Assembly (NCBI RefSeq): GCF_016433145.1
Contig: NC_058131.1
Coordinates: forward strand, 478,079,242 to 478,143,241
Direction of reading: 5' to 3'
DNA: 64,000 nt
DNA from: Gracilinanus agilis
Lineage: Eukaryota
Shown: positions 38,116 to 51,649 of the stretch, one piece after another
How the letters are laid out: each line of letters opens with the position of its first letter
How positions within the stretch are numbered: position 1 is the stretch's first letter
The notes under the pieces: generated by a model
Told to the model about the DNA's origin: nothing
Seen by the model: only the letters and a program-made list of their open reading frames with translations
Databases searched by the model: none
Made by a program: the position numbers and the translations under genes

Positions 38116-40807
38116 GTAAGAACTTAGGATTTTGAGCTAGAAGGGAATCTAAGTCCAGTCCCTTAATTTTACAGATGAGGAAACTGAGACACAGAGCAAA
38201 AAAACACATTTACCCAGGACCACACAGTTAATGCTTGAGGCAGGTTTTGAACTCAGGTCTGTTCTTTACAGGATTTAACTGCTTATTTAGACTAAAATTA
38301 GCCCCAGAGAAGAAATGGAAAAATATACTTCCTTTCAAAGGGGTTTGGGAAGGATATGTATTGATCATCTTTGGTAAACTGTTTTTATTCCCTCTTTCTT
38401 ACTCTTTGTCACTGGATAGGGGAGAGAGAAGGCTATATTTTGAAATTCAGGCAATATGAAAAGAAAAGATCCCGATAACAATTTTAAAAATAAAAAGAAC
38501 AGTAAAGAGACACCAAGATATATTGTGTTTCCTTCCTAGACCAAGCATAGATAGGCGGACTAAACTGACATACACAATATTACATAGACAGCACCATAAT
38601 GCCTGAGGTATCATCTCCTGTCTCCTGCCTGATCTGCTTGTCTCTAAAACAAATTAGAACATTCATTCTCCACTCCCACTAATTCTCTCCATCTTATTTC
38701 CCCTCTCTTTCTTTCTTTACCCTCCCTCTCTCCTCTCCTCATACTCCCATTTCAGAGAGTTGACCTTGAGAGGGAACTGAAAGAAATAGGCAATGTATTA
38801 CTCTGAGAGACCAACTAAATTACTGAAGGTGACTCAAGCCCAAAAAGTTATTTGCCCTCCATTGCCCTCATTTTCTTAGCCAAATGCAGAGGCACCACAA
38901 GAAAGCAGAAAGACCCAGGAGTACAAGAAATCAGTAGTGCTGGTTCCACCATTCAGAATTTGAGTAACCTAGGCAAATGACAATCTCTCTGAGCCTCAGT
39001 GGTACCATATATGAAAGAGAGATGCTAGTTTTCACTATTTCATGGATGTTTATGCATGTGAGTGTGTTTTGTAAGATGTAAGGCTCTCTACAAATGGACA
39101 TTAATAGTTAATAGGAAGGAAGCAAGGAAGGAAGGAAGAAAGGAAGAAAGGAAGAAAGGAAGGAAGGAATGAAGGAACGAACGAAGGAAGGAAGGAAGAC
39201 AGCATTTATTAAGTGCCTCCTATATGCCAGTCACTGTGCTAAGTGACTGGCATACAAATACATACAATTTGGCACTAAGTGACAAATAAAACTTCATTTG
39301 ATCCTCACAACAACCCTGAGAGATTGGTGCTATTATCGATATCGTTCCAAAAAAATAAGAAAAAGCACAGTGGTGCTACAATTATTGCAGTGCTACATGG
39401 GACAACTTGATGTATTCACTTCAGAGTTCTGTCACAGCAATCTCTGAGCAGGTGAAAATGGTAAAGCATGATGACAGAAACAAGTCAAAAAGAAAAAATA
39501 CAGTGAGAGGAAAGGGCTCAAAAGAGGGAGGAGAGCCTTAGCCAAGAAATAGAGTTTCATTTCTAGCTCTGATGTTTAACCACTTGTGTAATTTTACAAA
39601 TGCTTCTTCTCCCTGTGTCTCATTTCCTTACCTGCAAAATATGAATAAGGCACCCAGAGCATGTAATAAAATTCTGCAAGGAAATCCTGTCCATGATGCC
39701 ACCACCCTTCCAAGTAAATGTTTGTTCACTGCCTGAGTCATCTTTGACTCCTGCCTCTCCTTCACTAACTCCATACAATCAATCTCTATATCTTTTTTCC
39801 CTTTGAAATGGTTTTTGGATCTGTTTCTTTCTCTCCATTCCCACTGCTGCAATCCTATCGCAGCACCTCACATCCATATTGATATAATGCCCTCCTGATC
39901 TCCTGTCACCGGTCTCTACATCCTACATGTTCTACCATCAGAATCATCTTCCGTGAACATCACTGACCTGTCACTTCCCTTCTCAAAACCTATAAAGATT
40001 CCCTATTACCTAATGTGGGAAGTTCAAATTCCTACCCTAGTTTTATGCCCTCCATAATCTCCATCATCACTATCCAATAGTATGTACCATTACTCCCAAC
40101 ACACACCAACTTCAGTGAAATAGGTTTCCTCCTGGCCCTTTCCACACAAACCATAACTTCCACTTCCATGCCTTTCGGTATTCTCAGTACCTGGCACAGG
40201 ACATGGATAACAGCAGGCACTTAATAAATGCAAATTGAACTTTTAAAGTTTCATAATACATATCATTAGCAAGGAAAAAAGACTGGATCAGTCGATCTTC
40301 CAAAGATCCTTTAGACCTCGATGAGCCCATGTCTAAGAGCAAGAAAGTCAAATAACATTAGCAGAGCTAAAGGGGCACAAATTGCCTACTTCTGGTTGGA
40401 AATCTGTGAATATCTCTATATCATGAACATGCATTTCCCCCCTAACCACCAAATAAGAGACTCAATCACCCAAATGAGGTGTCCCATTTCCATATGCTTC
40501 CATATGACAGGTCTCAAGTAGCCCAAAACCTGAAGTATATATGGTTCTCTGACCCCAACTCCCAAGTTCCCTCACCACAAGACATAATAATAACACCTCA
40601 CGTTTACAGAATATTTGGAAATCATTGTCTTATTTTATGTTCATACCAACACCAGAATGTGAGGAAGGAATTATCTCCAATTTACAAATTGAGAAATTGA
40701 GGCACAGGGAAACTGATCAACTTCCTCACAGTCTCAAAGGTGCTAAGGAATAGAGGAGAAACCAAAATGCAAATATTTTTATTATTAGTCCAGGAATAAT
40801 AATAGTA

Positions 40808-41000
40808 GGGGTAGCTAGGTGACTCAGGAGAGAACCAGGCATGTAGGTGGGAGGTCCTGGGATCAAATATGACCTCAGACACTTCTTCACTGTGTGACCT
40901 TGGCAAGTCTCTTACCCCCAGTTGCCTAGCTCTTACTATTCTCCTGCCTGGGAATCAATACTTAGTATCAATTCTAAAATAGGAGGTAAGAATTTTAAAT
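40808..41000 (+). mobile_element. SINE1_Mdo-type SINE
   Basis: ggggtagctaggtgactcag...ttctaaaataggaggtaag, (aat)n tail. Confidence 0.8.
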
Positions 41001-42410
41001 AATAATAATATAGTACTGTTTCACATTTATATGATGCTTTAAAATTTACTAAGCATGTTTTGCAAAAGAAACCTATGAGGCATAGCAAATATTACCCAAA
41101 TATCCAAAGATCTATGATTTCATCAGCATAACAAACTACACCAACCAGTATTGATTACAACCCACATATGACACAGATCCTAAATCCTAAAGTTTTGCCT
41201 GAGGCATGTAGGAGGTGAAATGACTTCCCCAAAGTAACAAAACAAGTAAAACTCCCATTCTATTAATTCCTCCTTGCAACTCTTGGGAAAATATTAATAT
41301 CTCTACTTTATAGGTAAGGAAAGTTGAGAGAGTTTAAATGACTTGCCCAAAAGGCAACTAGGTAAGAAAAGTGGAGAGAACACTTGGCCTGGAATCAGGA
41401 AGACCTGAGTTCAAATCCAAACTCAGATACTTCTACTGTGTGACCCTGCATTTAACTTCTATTTGCCCCACTTTCCTCAACTTTAAAATAGGAATAGTGA
41501 TAGCACCTACCTCCTAGGGTTACTATGAGGATCAAATGAGATAATATTTGCAAAGCACTTATCATTGCCTGGTATGTAGTAGGCACATAATAAATGCTCA
41601 TTTTCTTCCCTCCTTCCCTTCTTCCTTACTTCCCTCTTTTGTCCTTTCCCTTCTTCCTTCCCTCCTACCTCCTTCCTGCCTTCTTCCTCTTTTCCTTCTT
41701 CACTTCTTTCCCTCCTTCCTTCCTTCTTTTTCCTTTCCTTCTTTCCTTCCTTCCTTCCCATAGTCACATAGCTAGTAATTGTCAGAGCCTTTATTCGAAC
41801 CCAGTATCCTATATCCAACTCCAACATTCTTTCCATTAAACTACTTTGACTCTCAGTAAACCAACCCTCTAAAGAACTGGGGCTTTCTTATTTTCACAAC
41901 TGAGCTGACAAATAGCCCCAGGCATGCCTGAGGACCATGGCCCAAAATAATGCTTTCTGTGGAATATTGTTCCAACTATGGGAAATATACCAAAACAGAG
42001 AAACAGAAAGCTTCTAACTCCATCCCCACCTCCTTATCTATTAACAATCAGAGCTTATTTTCATCTTTTTAGTTACCCTGGTTGAATATTTTCCAAGTAA
42101 GCTTTCTCCTCTCTGACTGCTTGTGGCAGAAGTTGAAGCTTTCCTCCATGGAATGAGGAACAATGTCCTTCCTGAGGCAGTAGAAAAAAAGTACTGGCTC
42201 TGGAGTCTGAGGATATGGGTTCAAATCCTATCTTGGCTGTTTACTATCTAAATTACCTTAGGCAAGTCATTTAACCTCTCCTGGGATTGCATTTCCTCAG
42301 ATTAAAATAATGAGGGCAGGCTAGATGGTCTCTGCCGTCCCTTCAAGTTCTAGGTCCATGGCCCAAGTTTCCGTAACTTCTTTTCCTTCTATGTAGAGCC
42401 CCTAACTTAC

Positions 42411-42506
42411 CCGTCCTCTGGTCCTGTTCTTTCGTTTAGGAGTATCTTCTTCTAAATCCTCCTCTTCATTTACTTCTTCTACATTTTCATCATTTTCCAG
42501 AACCCT
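42411..42506 (-). CDS. DPF3: DPF3 coding exon (about exon 5), 96 bp, phase 0 to 0
   Basis: aattgcag|AGGGTTCTG...AGAGGACGG|gtaagt; encodes RVLENDENVEEVNEEEDLEEDTPKRKNRTRGR. Confidence 0.96.
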
Positions 42507-43851
42507 CTGCAATTACAGAAAGATAATGGCAAAATTTGATAAGGGAATGACCAAGAAAAGAGGAAGCAAGGGGAAAGAGGAGAAGGAAGAAGAATTCAAC
42601 CAATAAGATTTTTAAATTATAATTATCATAGTGTAGAAACTTCAAATGAAGATGTTAGGGATGCCTAGAGAACAGAAGTCCTGCCCATGGATTTGGCAAT
42701 TTGTCTACATGGATCTTCTTCCAGCACCATCAATCTCCTCCAACCCTAAACATTCCAAAGCCATCAAGCTTTAGCAACTTGGTTTTCCCAAGAAGGGATT
42801 CCTTTAAAAAAAAAACTGATATTTAAAAAATCCAAGAAATCAATAGCCACATCAAAAAGATTAAAATCACTAATAATTAGGAAAATTCGCTTTAAATCAA
42901 TTCTGAAATTCAACCTCATACTTATCTGATTGGCAAAGATGACAAAAAAGAAAAATAACAATTTTTGGAGGACTTGTAATTCATGATGATAGTCTTTGTA
43001 TAACTAGCATCCAGTGAGAAAAGAATCAAGTCTTCAGATATGGCTTGGGACACTCCTTCCCCAAAGAGAGAGTAATTTTGTGAATAGCTTGAACTTAAAA
43101 AATTATTTCCCCTAAAGTAGGAATATTTATCATGGGAGGAGGAGGGTGGAAGAAAGGAAGTGGCAGCGCAAATAGATAAAATTCTAGTCTGGCATCCTCT
43201 CTCTGAAAATAGAGTGGGCCAGTCTCATAACTTGATCTGTTCTCCTCCTGGCAGAATCAAAGTCTCCCGTGGAGAAGGGTAGGTAAAATTCCAGAGATAT
43301 CTATTGATACCTCCCTATAATCCATATTTAGACAGACCCATGTAGACATTCATATATCTGCATGAGCAACAAGTACACACACAATGGTAAATGTGAAGAT
43401 TTGTTTTGCTTGATTTTGCTTATTTTTAATTTTTTTCAATTAATGATCATTTGTTTTTCCTCAGTCCCTTAGCAACTCCTCTCCCTCTTCCCAAAGAAGA
43501 AAAAGGAAACCCTTGTAACAAACATGTATAGTCAAGCAAAACCAATTCTGACACCACTCATACCCAAAAAATATATATCTTATTCTTCACCCTGTGTCTA
43601 CCACCTCTATCAGGAGATGGGTGGGATTTTTCATCATTGATCCTCTAGAATTCTAAGTCTTTAAGAGTTGTTCATTTATAGCAAGGGGGGAGAAGAGTCT
43701 GGAGGAAGAATATCTAATGTCAGGGCTGTCTAAAGAAGAAAAAAGGGTCATTGAAGCACTTTTTTAATGCACAGAAGAGAATTGAAGCAATGTCAGAAGG
43801 AATCACATATAAGCAGGACAGCTTTCAAAGGAACATGTTGAATTTATTTTG

Positions 43852-43854
<3 letters not shown>

Positions 43855-43884
<30 letters not shown>
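43855..43884. repeat. (TA)n microsatellite
   Basis: Direct reading. Confidence 0.9.
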
Positions 43885-43887
<3 letters not shown>

Positions 43888-46800
43888 ATGTATATTTAAA
43901 AGAATAGGAAAAGGAACCTGTATATAATATTCATGTTTCCATATATAATCCTCTACTGTTCTACTTAACATAAGGAAATAGTCTCTTTTCACCTGATATT
44001 CATTAAATTCAAGATAATAAATAAGTAAATAATTTGGAATGGTCCAACAAAGCTCTCTCTGGGTCCATCTAAGAGTTTTCAATAAAGCTTTTTCAAAGTG
44101 TAACTTTCCTTTCTCTTCTTGAAGTGTCCTCTTTGAAACATGAAAATGTTTTTTTTCTTCTCCTCCTGCCTTTCTAGAACTTTGCTCTGGTTAAGGAAAA
44201 AAAGTAACTTCCTATTTGTCTAATCAATTCAACATTAATATGCAGTTAATAATAACCCATTGTTGTTTAAATATAACAAATTATTATTATTTAAAATGCA
44301 TTACTTAATACTCATTGAATTTTTTTATTTGGCTAAATGATCATTTATTTAATTACTCCTCAAAAATTACCCTGAGAATTTCATTAACATTATTAGTCTC
44401 ATTTCAGGGACATACATTTCTAGCTGTTTAATATTATGGGCCTCAAATTTCGTTGGCTTTCAAAGTCCGGTCATTACTTGGCTTCTTTGATTAGACTACA
44501 TTGGCATCTCTGTCATGCCCTTTATTTCGCTTATTTGTACCTATTAGTTAAGTGGGTACATGTTCATTATATCTCTCAGGGTTTTTTAACATGGATTAAA
44601 AGGACAAGGCGCCATAATTCAAGATGGGAAAAATAAATCAGTTAACTAGGTGCCAGGAATCCTGTGTTCTAATTGTGTCCTTATCATCATTCACTCAGTG
44701 TGTAACCTTAGGTCACTTAACAGACTTCTTGTGCCTCTTTTACCATCTTAAAACAAAACTAAACATATCATCCTGGCCCAACCTTCCTCCTTGCAAGTCC
44801 TACTCCAATGCCCCATCATGACATGGAGAAGACTGGAATATCAAAAGTTATGCCAATGGAGCAAAGGTCTTAAAGGTTGTGCCAAGTCTTTAAGGCTTCT
44901 TGTAAGGCTCAGTGTCTCATCAGCTAAAGATTTGGCCACAAATGATAGGTTTCTTTTGAATACAGAAACTTGTGTAAGGCGTAGAGGAATTGCAATCTGT
45001 GTCAATAGAAGAAATGCCCACACTGATAGAAATCACTGATGCTTGAAGGATTAGAATAGTCTTCAGTTCTCACTGGATTTTTGCATGGGTAAAATAGTAT
45101 CAGTTTTGAATTTTGAAAAGCACCAGTTACCAGTTAGAAATCAGGAATTATCATTCATGTCACTTCATTTGGCAATAGTTGACACCACTTTCAAGCCTTT
45201 CATACAAAGCAAAGGCTTCATGAGAGGCAATTACATAGCCTTCTCCTGCCACCTTCTTGCCAAGGAAAAATGCCCTGCATCCTAACTACAGTAGACAAAA
45301 TCATGTTATTAATACAATGCCATCAATGTACACAAAAGAGTCACTGGCATTTACATACATAAAACTTCATGGTTTATAAAGGTTATCCTCAAAATAACTC
45401 TGTAGAAAGGTAGGAAGGAAATTATTTTCCTTTTTATGCATGGAGAAACTGAGATTTTTGAGAAGTTCAGTGACTTGTCTATGGTCTGGTAGCAGAGCTG
45501 GTCTATGAACCATGATCTTCTGACTCCAAGTCCAGAGTCCTTTGCATGAAGATTATGCTCTTTCTACATGTATATCAAATTATTCCTCCTAAAAAATTCA
45601 AAGTAGTTCAGACATCAATTTCTGGCCTCTCCACTGAAATTAGCTGCATAGCCATCAGCTACATCTATGTCTGTCAGGGCAATGATCCATTTTCCCTTGG
45701 CCATGAAATAGCACCCTGGCAAAGAAAGAGCATGGTGAGTCTAATGGAGAAAACCCTGGCCTGAGGGTTAGGAAGCCTCGTCTCAAGAACAGAATCTGTG
45801 TAGAGGTAGTAGCAGTAGCAGCATCAGTAGGCAACAGCAACAAAAGCAATAGTCATGATGGTGGTGATGGTGGCATTTATGATACAGGGCAATGATGACA
45901 AGAAAAAATATTTCTTAAAATCCAGGTCATCTTTCATATTGGAGAAGGGAAGAAGTGAGATGGGAAAATGCCAAAATAATATAGGAAAATGCCAGTCATG
46001 ATGATGTACAAGAAAGACTCAAAAGGAGGGACTCCTAAAGTCTGAAGAGGGGAAAATCAAAGACACCGAGTTCATTGAAAATCATTACTTAACACAAACT
46101 CCAGAAATTACACCTAATAATGAAATGGTAGTGCCAGTATAGTGCCAGTGTCTCAAATGGTTTTGAAAGGGAGATGAACATATTCAGATATAATTTTTAA
46201 GTTAATCTTGAGTTAGATGCCATGAATCTAATTAGCATACCAATTACACAAAACAGTTGATATCTACTCTCATCATCATGAATGAGCGCGTTCTTGGAGA
46301 GAGAATATTTGACTTCATGTATAAAAACATTTAAGAATGTGCAAAAAACAGCATATTTGGTAGCCACTGGCCTAGCAAGAACAAGAGAAGAAAAGGTGGA
46401 GTTATCAAAGAAGTCTAAGTATAAATACCAGGCAATATTCTAACAGAAGCAATTTTAAAAAGCCATTGAAGATCTTGGAAAGACATTAGAAAATCACATC
46501 AATATTCGGCTGGTACATACAGCAGAAAATCTATACACCATATAACCCAATTAAAGGCAACAAAAAAGAAACATAAACACCTGCCCAGGGGAGAGTTTCA
46601 TAGAAGATGAGTCAAGGTCATTAAAAGCAGGATCATATCTCGATGTAAACAGACACAAAGTCAGCCATGGAGTGTCAAATTTTCTCCTTCACTTTCCTTT
46701 TTTTTCTCTTTCCTCCTGCCAACCAGTTACAATACCTATAAATCCTAAAGGGTATAACTGAAAGTGGAAGCAATAGAACACCTTGCTTCCCCACCAATTA

Positions 46801-47117
46801 TCATCCTGGAAGCCAAGGAAAGCAAGGGAGCATCCCTAACATATGTCAAAGATGGGTCTTTTCCTCTACAAAAAGGAAAATCTGGGAAGTTATTCTTTGG
46901 AGTTATTGCATCAGTATTCCAATATCTGAGCAGACTTGGACATCTGTAGCAACTCTCCTGTTTCTAGCCCTCCTGAAACCTTGGCTATAAAGAATTACAT
47001 TAAATAAATATCATTGGGGGATAGACTTTGTATATTTTTCTCCCTTTTATTTTAAAACTTCTAGAATTCAAACGAAGTCTTCATTCAAATTGCTGAATGA
47101 GCAGCCCTAATTTAAGT

Positions 47118-47121
<4 letters not shown>

Positions 47122-47168
<47 letters not shown>
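47122..47168. repeat. (TA)n microsatellite
   Basis: Direct reading. Confidence 0.95.
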
Positions 47169-47171
<3 letters not shown>

Positions 47172-47469
47172 ATCTGGGTTGTTTTGGAATATTCCAGGGC
47201 CTGATTAGCAGAATCCAAGGACTTTGAGAATCATGCCCAAAATGGAAATATGGAGAAGTAACTTCCAATTCACAGCAATATAATGCAGTGGGAAAACACT
47301 GGATTTATAGTTAAGACATCTGAGGTCAAGTTCACATGTGTCATTTATCATATTATGGCCTTGGACAAGTCACTTATGTACTCATCTTCTGTTTCCTCAT
47401 TTGTAAGATGAGGGGATTAGACTAAATGAATTCTAAATTCCTTTCTAATTTTATACATATGCCTATGAG

Positions 47470-49010
47470 CTGATGTCTTCAAAAAGATTGCCTTGGTTAT
47501 GTCTGTATCCCAAGGAGATAAAAAAAAAAGAGAAAAGTATCCATTTGTACAAAAATATTTATTGCAGCTCTTTTTGTGGTAGCAAAGAATTGTACACTGT
47601 TGTGAGGGTTTATTTAGGATTTAATTTAGTAATAGTGTTGGACCTAGCAGGAAGGGCTGGAGAATTCTAAGATGGAATGAAGAAGCAGGAAGTAGGGCTT
47701 GTGCTCTGGGAGAGACTCCATTAGTGGTTGGCACAAACTGTTGCTAACCCTGGGAAATCTCAGAGTTAAGGAAACCCTGCATCCAGATTCCCTGGGATCC
47801 TGAGTGGTGGAGGTTTCCAGCAAGTGGACAAGACCTGCAGAGCTGCACCAAGTGGGAAGTGGTTTGGGATCTGGTGGACAGCATCTCAAGCTCACTCTCT
47901 CTACTTGGGTACCTTGGACCACCTTGGCTCTTGGCATCCTGTGATCATCTTTGGATTACCATGAGAACCCTCAAAGCCACCCTCAGGCCCTTTAGCTGTG
48001 CTGGTCAAACCTGGCTGGAACCAAGATTGAAGCAGCCTTTCCAGTGACTCCAGTACTGCTCCTTTAGGCTCTGCCTGGCTTAGGACATTTAGATTAGAGT
48101 AGTCAAGTCCTCCCTTTGCCCTGTGGTTTTGCCCTTTAGGTTTTAGTGTAGAATCCCCTATCCCGTCTTTTATTTAGTTACTCTTAATTAAACTGTTAAA
48201 AACCTTTACCTTGCCTGCTGGTTCCATAGACCCTGGCCTAGGGTGAGCTGGGCCAACTGCCATTCTTGACAGTTACCAGCTTAGCAGTGAACTCTGGTCT
48301 CCCTGTCCTGGTTGATCCTGTCTCTCCTTCAACCCAGTGTGTGTACCCACAAACCATTCAGGTCACATTTTAACACCCCTGGTGCCCCGTCTTTTACAAC
48401 ACTGGGAAATAGCTGAACAAGTTATGGTATATGATTGTGATGGGATACTATTGTGCTAAAATAAATGACAAATAAGATGATTTTGGAAAAATCTGGAAAG
48501 GACTTACATGAACTGATGCTAAATGAGCAGAACCAGAAGAACATTGTACACAGTGACAACAGTAATTTTTGATGAACAACTGTGAATTATTCTTAACAAT
48601 GCAGTTATCCAAGATAGTCCCAGAGACTCATGAGTAAAAATGTCATCTTCTCTCAAAGAAATAACTGATGGAGTCTGAATGCAGNNNNNNNNNNNNNNNN
48701 NNNNNNNNNNNNNNNNNNNNNNNNNNNNNNNNNNNNNNNNNNNNNNNNNNNNNNNNNNNNNNNNNNNNNNNNNNNNNNNNNNNNNNNNNNNNNNNNNNNN
48801 NNNNNNNNNNNNNNAATATGGAAAAATATTTTACATAATTGCTCATATAAGATCTATAGCAGATTCCTCACCATCTTAGGGAGGAGGGAAGATTAGGAGG
48901 GGAAAACAATTGGAAAGAAGGAAAGAATTTGGAACACAAAATTTTTTTAAAAGAATGTTTAAAATTTGTTTTTACATGTAATTGGGGAAAATATTATTTT
49001 TTAAAAGATT
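47470..49010 (+). mobile_element. L1 3' end interrupted by a solo LTR and an N gap
   Basis: ctgtatcccaaggagataaaa..., gctgaacaagttatggtatatga..., gagcagaaccagaagaacattgtacacag. Confidence 0.8.
47598..48398. mobile_element. Solo LTR (about 800 bp) inserted into an L1 3' end
   Basis: TG...CA termini (tgttgtgagg...cttttaca), 4-bp TSD acac (47594-47597 and 48399-48402); L1 sequence resumes on both sides. Confidence 0.8.
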
Positions 49011-50039
49011 GCATTGCACTGATCTGACAGAAGCCAGGATCATAAAGGGAGGCTTTGCAGACATCATGAAGTAAGATTTTGTGGATACATGATCTTCATT
49101 ATATGCTTATAACTTCATGATATCTTCTAATCTTCTCAGACTGTGAGCCAGAGACTATGTGTCAAAGTTTAACCAGTACAGAAGCTAACACTCTTTCATC
49201 AGGATATTTGACTACCATGGTTGATAGACCTGGAAATTAATCTCATTTCCAAATTCATGGATTACAAAAGTTTAAATAATAAACACAATTTTACAAAATT
49301 ATTATAGATTTCTGCCCTTTTTGATGCTTACAAAAGCTTTCTCCCTCAAAGAGAAAGCTTGATCACTACAGAGTTCTGAGAACATTTGTGTCTGTCTCCA
49401 CAAGGCATAGGTACCTGAGGTAGATCAGAAATCACCTCCTTTTCTTCAGGTGAGAAATCACACAGCTTTCTGTTCCTTCTTATGTAATAACACATATCTA
49501 CTGAAGAGGGAGGAGATTTTGATATTACAGGGAAAACTGAGGAAGTGATCATATATTTAACTAGATCATAATATGTGCTTTGTATGAAACTGAAAATGGA
49601 TTAAAAATAGAAAATGTTTTGTTAACCTTAAAACACTATGTAAATGTTAGATATTATGATTGCATATAATGATTAGTGCCCATGATAACTACTATGTCCC
49701 ATAAACACTTTTGCAAGTTTGTTGCTATTGAGTCATTTCAATCATGTCCAAGTCTTCATGACCCCATTTGCAATTTTCTTATTATTCTTTAGTTTGTTTT
49801 ACTAATGAGGAATCTGAGGCAAAAAGGATTAAGTCATTTGTCCAGGTCACTTGCTAGTAAGATTCTGAGGCTAGATTTGAACTCATATCTTCCTGACTCC
49901 AGGCCTGGCACTCTATCCACTGTATCATCTACCTGCATGTTAGCTATGGATAATCTTGCTATTTGTCTATTCATTGTTGCCTCCTGCATTCTATTACTAT
50001 ACTGACTCACATATTGCATTGCTATCTTTTTAGTGACAA

Positions 50040-50750
50040 TGTATTGTGAAAGAGCATTCTTTACTCTATTGTCTATCTTGAGTTAACACTAACTTTTAAG
50101 TGAAGACAGGTTAACTCTCCTTTGTCTACCTTTTGATTGAACCAACAAAAAGCTTGAACTAGATGGAGGAGTTCTGCAAGTCACTTACTAAAATGGGTGA
50201 CAACTCCAGAAACTTGTGAATCCTTTTATAAGGGTTTACACCTTCAGAGGATGGGAGATATGGATTCCAAAACTGTACAGAGGCCTTTGATAAGAGTTGA
50301 CACCTTCAGCACCATAAACTCCCTCAGATTGTCTTTGAGAAGATAGTCTGGAAAAAATGTCTTCTGGAGATAGTTTTTGAAGGAGCTTTGCTGGCCACTT
50401 CAGGTTGGATCAGGGGCTTGGAGCTCAGCTTCAACTTGGACTCTGACTCTTGGACTACTTCATGGGGTGAGTGAAAGGCTGACTCCTTTCCTGGTTTCTG
50501 AAGAGACTAGCTTCCATCTTGGAGGAGGTCACGTGATTACTCACTACTGGCCTTCGTGGTTGAGAGCTAATTAATCTCTGCCTGGATGAAGATAGATAAC
50601 CTCTCTAACCTCTATACATTTCTCTACTTTATTGTTTCCTCTCCGTTTTGTAAATATTTGTAAATAAATTTCTGATTCAAGATATAATAAATATAGACAA
50701 CCACATATTTTCATAAAATTATTGTCCAACCATTAAATTTAACCCTTACA
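50040..50750 (+). mobile_element. Solo LTR, marsupial ERV type
   Basis: Starts near tgtattgtgaaag and ends aacccttaca; aataaa signals near 50664 and 50686; U3/R/U5-like composition; TSD not resolved. Confidence 0.65.
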
Positions 50751-51649
50751 TTTCATTTGCTCATATAGATATATGCACATATTATTGACATATGCATGTA
50801 CTGTATCAGGAAGGTAGAAGAGGGAAGAATTTAAGTCAGGGAAGGTTTCATAAGGAGGTGGGTCCTTGAAGGATGAGAGACCATTCCAGACTTGCAGTAA
50901 TGGCATAATCAAAGTTAATGAGAACTGAAACAGTGAAAAAAATGAGTAGTCCATTTTGAATGGAATAGAGAACATGTGAGGATCAGTATGGCAAGATAAG
51001 GCTACAAGGATAAATCAGAGCCAAGTCATGGAGGAATTTGAATGCCAGGAGAGAGAGCTAATATTTGGTCTTCTAGACAATGGCAAACTATAGAAGGTCT
51101 TTGATTCAGGAACCAATATAGTCAGAGACTTGCACTGCAAAACTTACTTGAATAGCCACGTGAAAGATAAATTAGAGAATTAAGAGTCTAGAAACTATTC
51201 CAATAGGTAAGATTAGAGATAAAGTAGTCTTGAACTAGAATAGTAATGACTGAAATAGGCAGGGAGAGAAGAATGAAAGAGATAGCAGAGATAAGAATCA
51301 ACAGGAATTATAAACTGATCCAACATTCAGAATAAGGGAGGGAGAAGAAGCAAGACAGACTACACAGTTTCAAGATTTGATGATTAGAAAGGTAGTGGTA
51401 TCATCAAAAGAAATATAAAAAGTTAGGAGGCATGGAGGAATGACCTTGGAAACTGTCTAATCAGTCTCTTTACGAAGAGTTGGTAAGAAATAAAGAAGAA
51501 TGTTATACAGGGGATAGGAGACATTCCCTTCTAGTTCTGGGTTCAGTCAAAGGTTGAGTGGGAAAAAGAGAAGAACTTAGGGAGGAGCAGAAACAAATTG
51601 GTAATAAGCAAGGGGAAGTAAGTTGACTGTAATGGCCAAGATACTAATG

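Noticed and set aside
39625-39640. Strong donor CAG|GTAAGG on the minus strand
   Set aside because: It lies inside a MIR core, with no matching acceptor or DPF3-like peptide.
41936-41975. Possible homolog of the chicken DPF3 extra exon (recalled as PKTPTWKKIFQKN) between exons 5 and 6
   Set aside because: The acceptor is good and SWNNIPQK is vaguely similar, but the donor (gtcctc) is poor and 40 nt breaks the frame.
46282-46680. Filovirus/bornavirus nucleoprotein endogenous viral element
   Set aside because: Only a fleeting LART..K.E resemblance; downstream conserved NP motifs are absent, so no EVE call is supportable.
49334-49360. 10-bp perfect hairpin aagctttctc/gagaaagctt
   Set aside because: Roughly one such hairpin is expected by chance in 64 kb, and there is no TSD.
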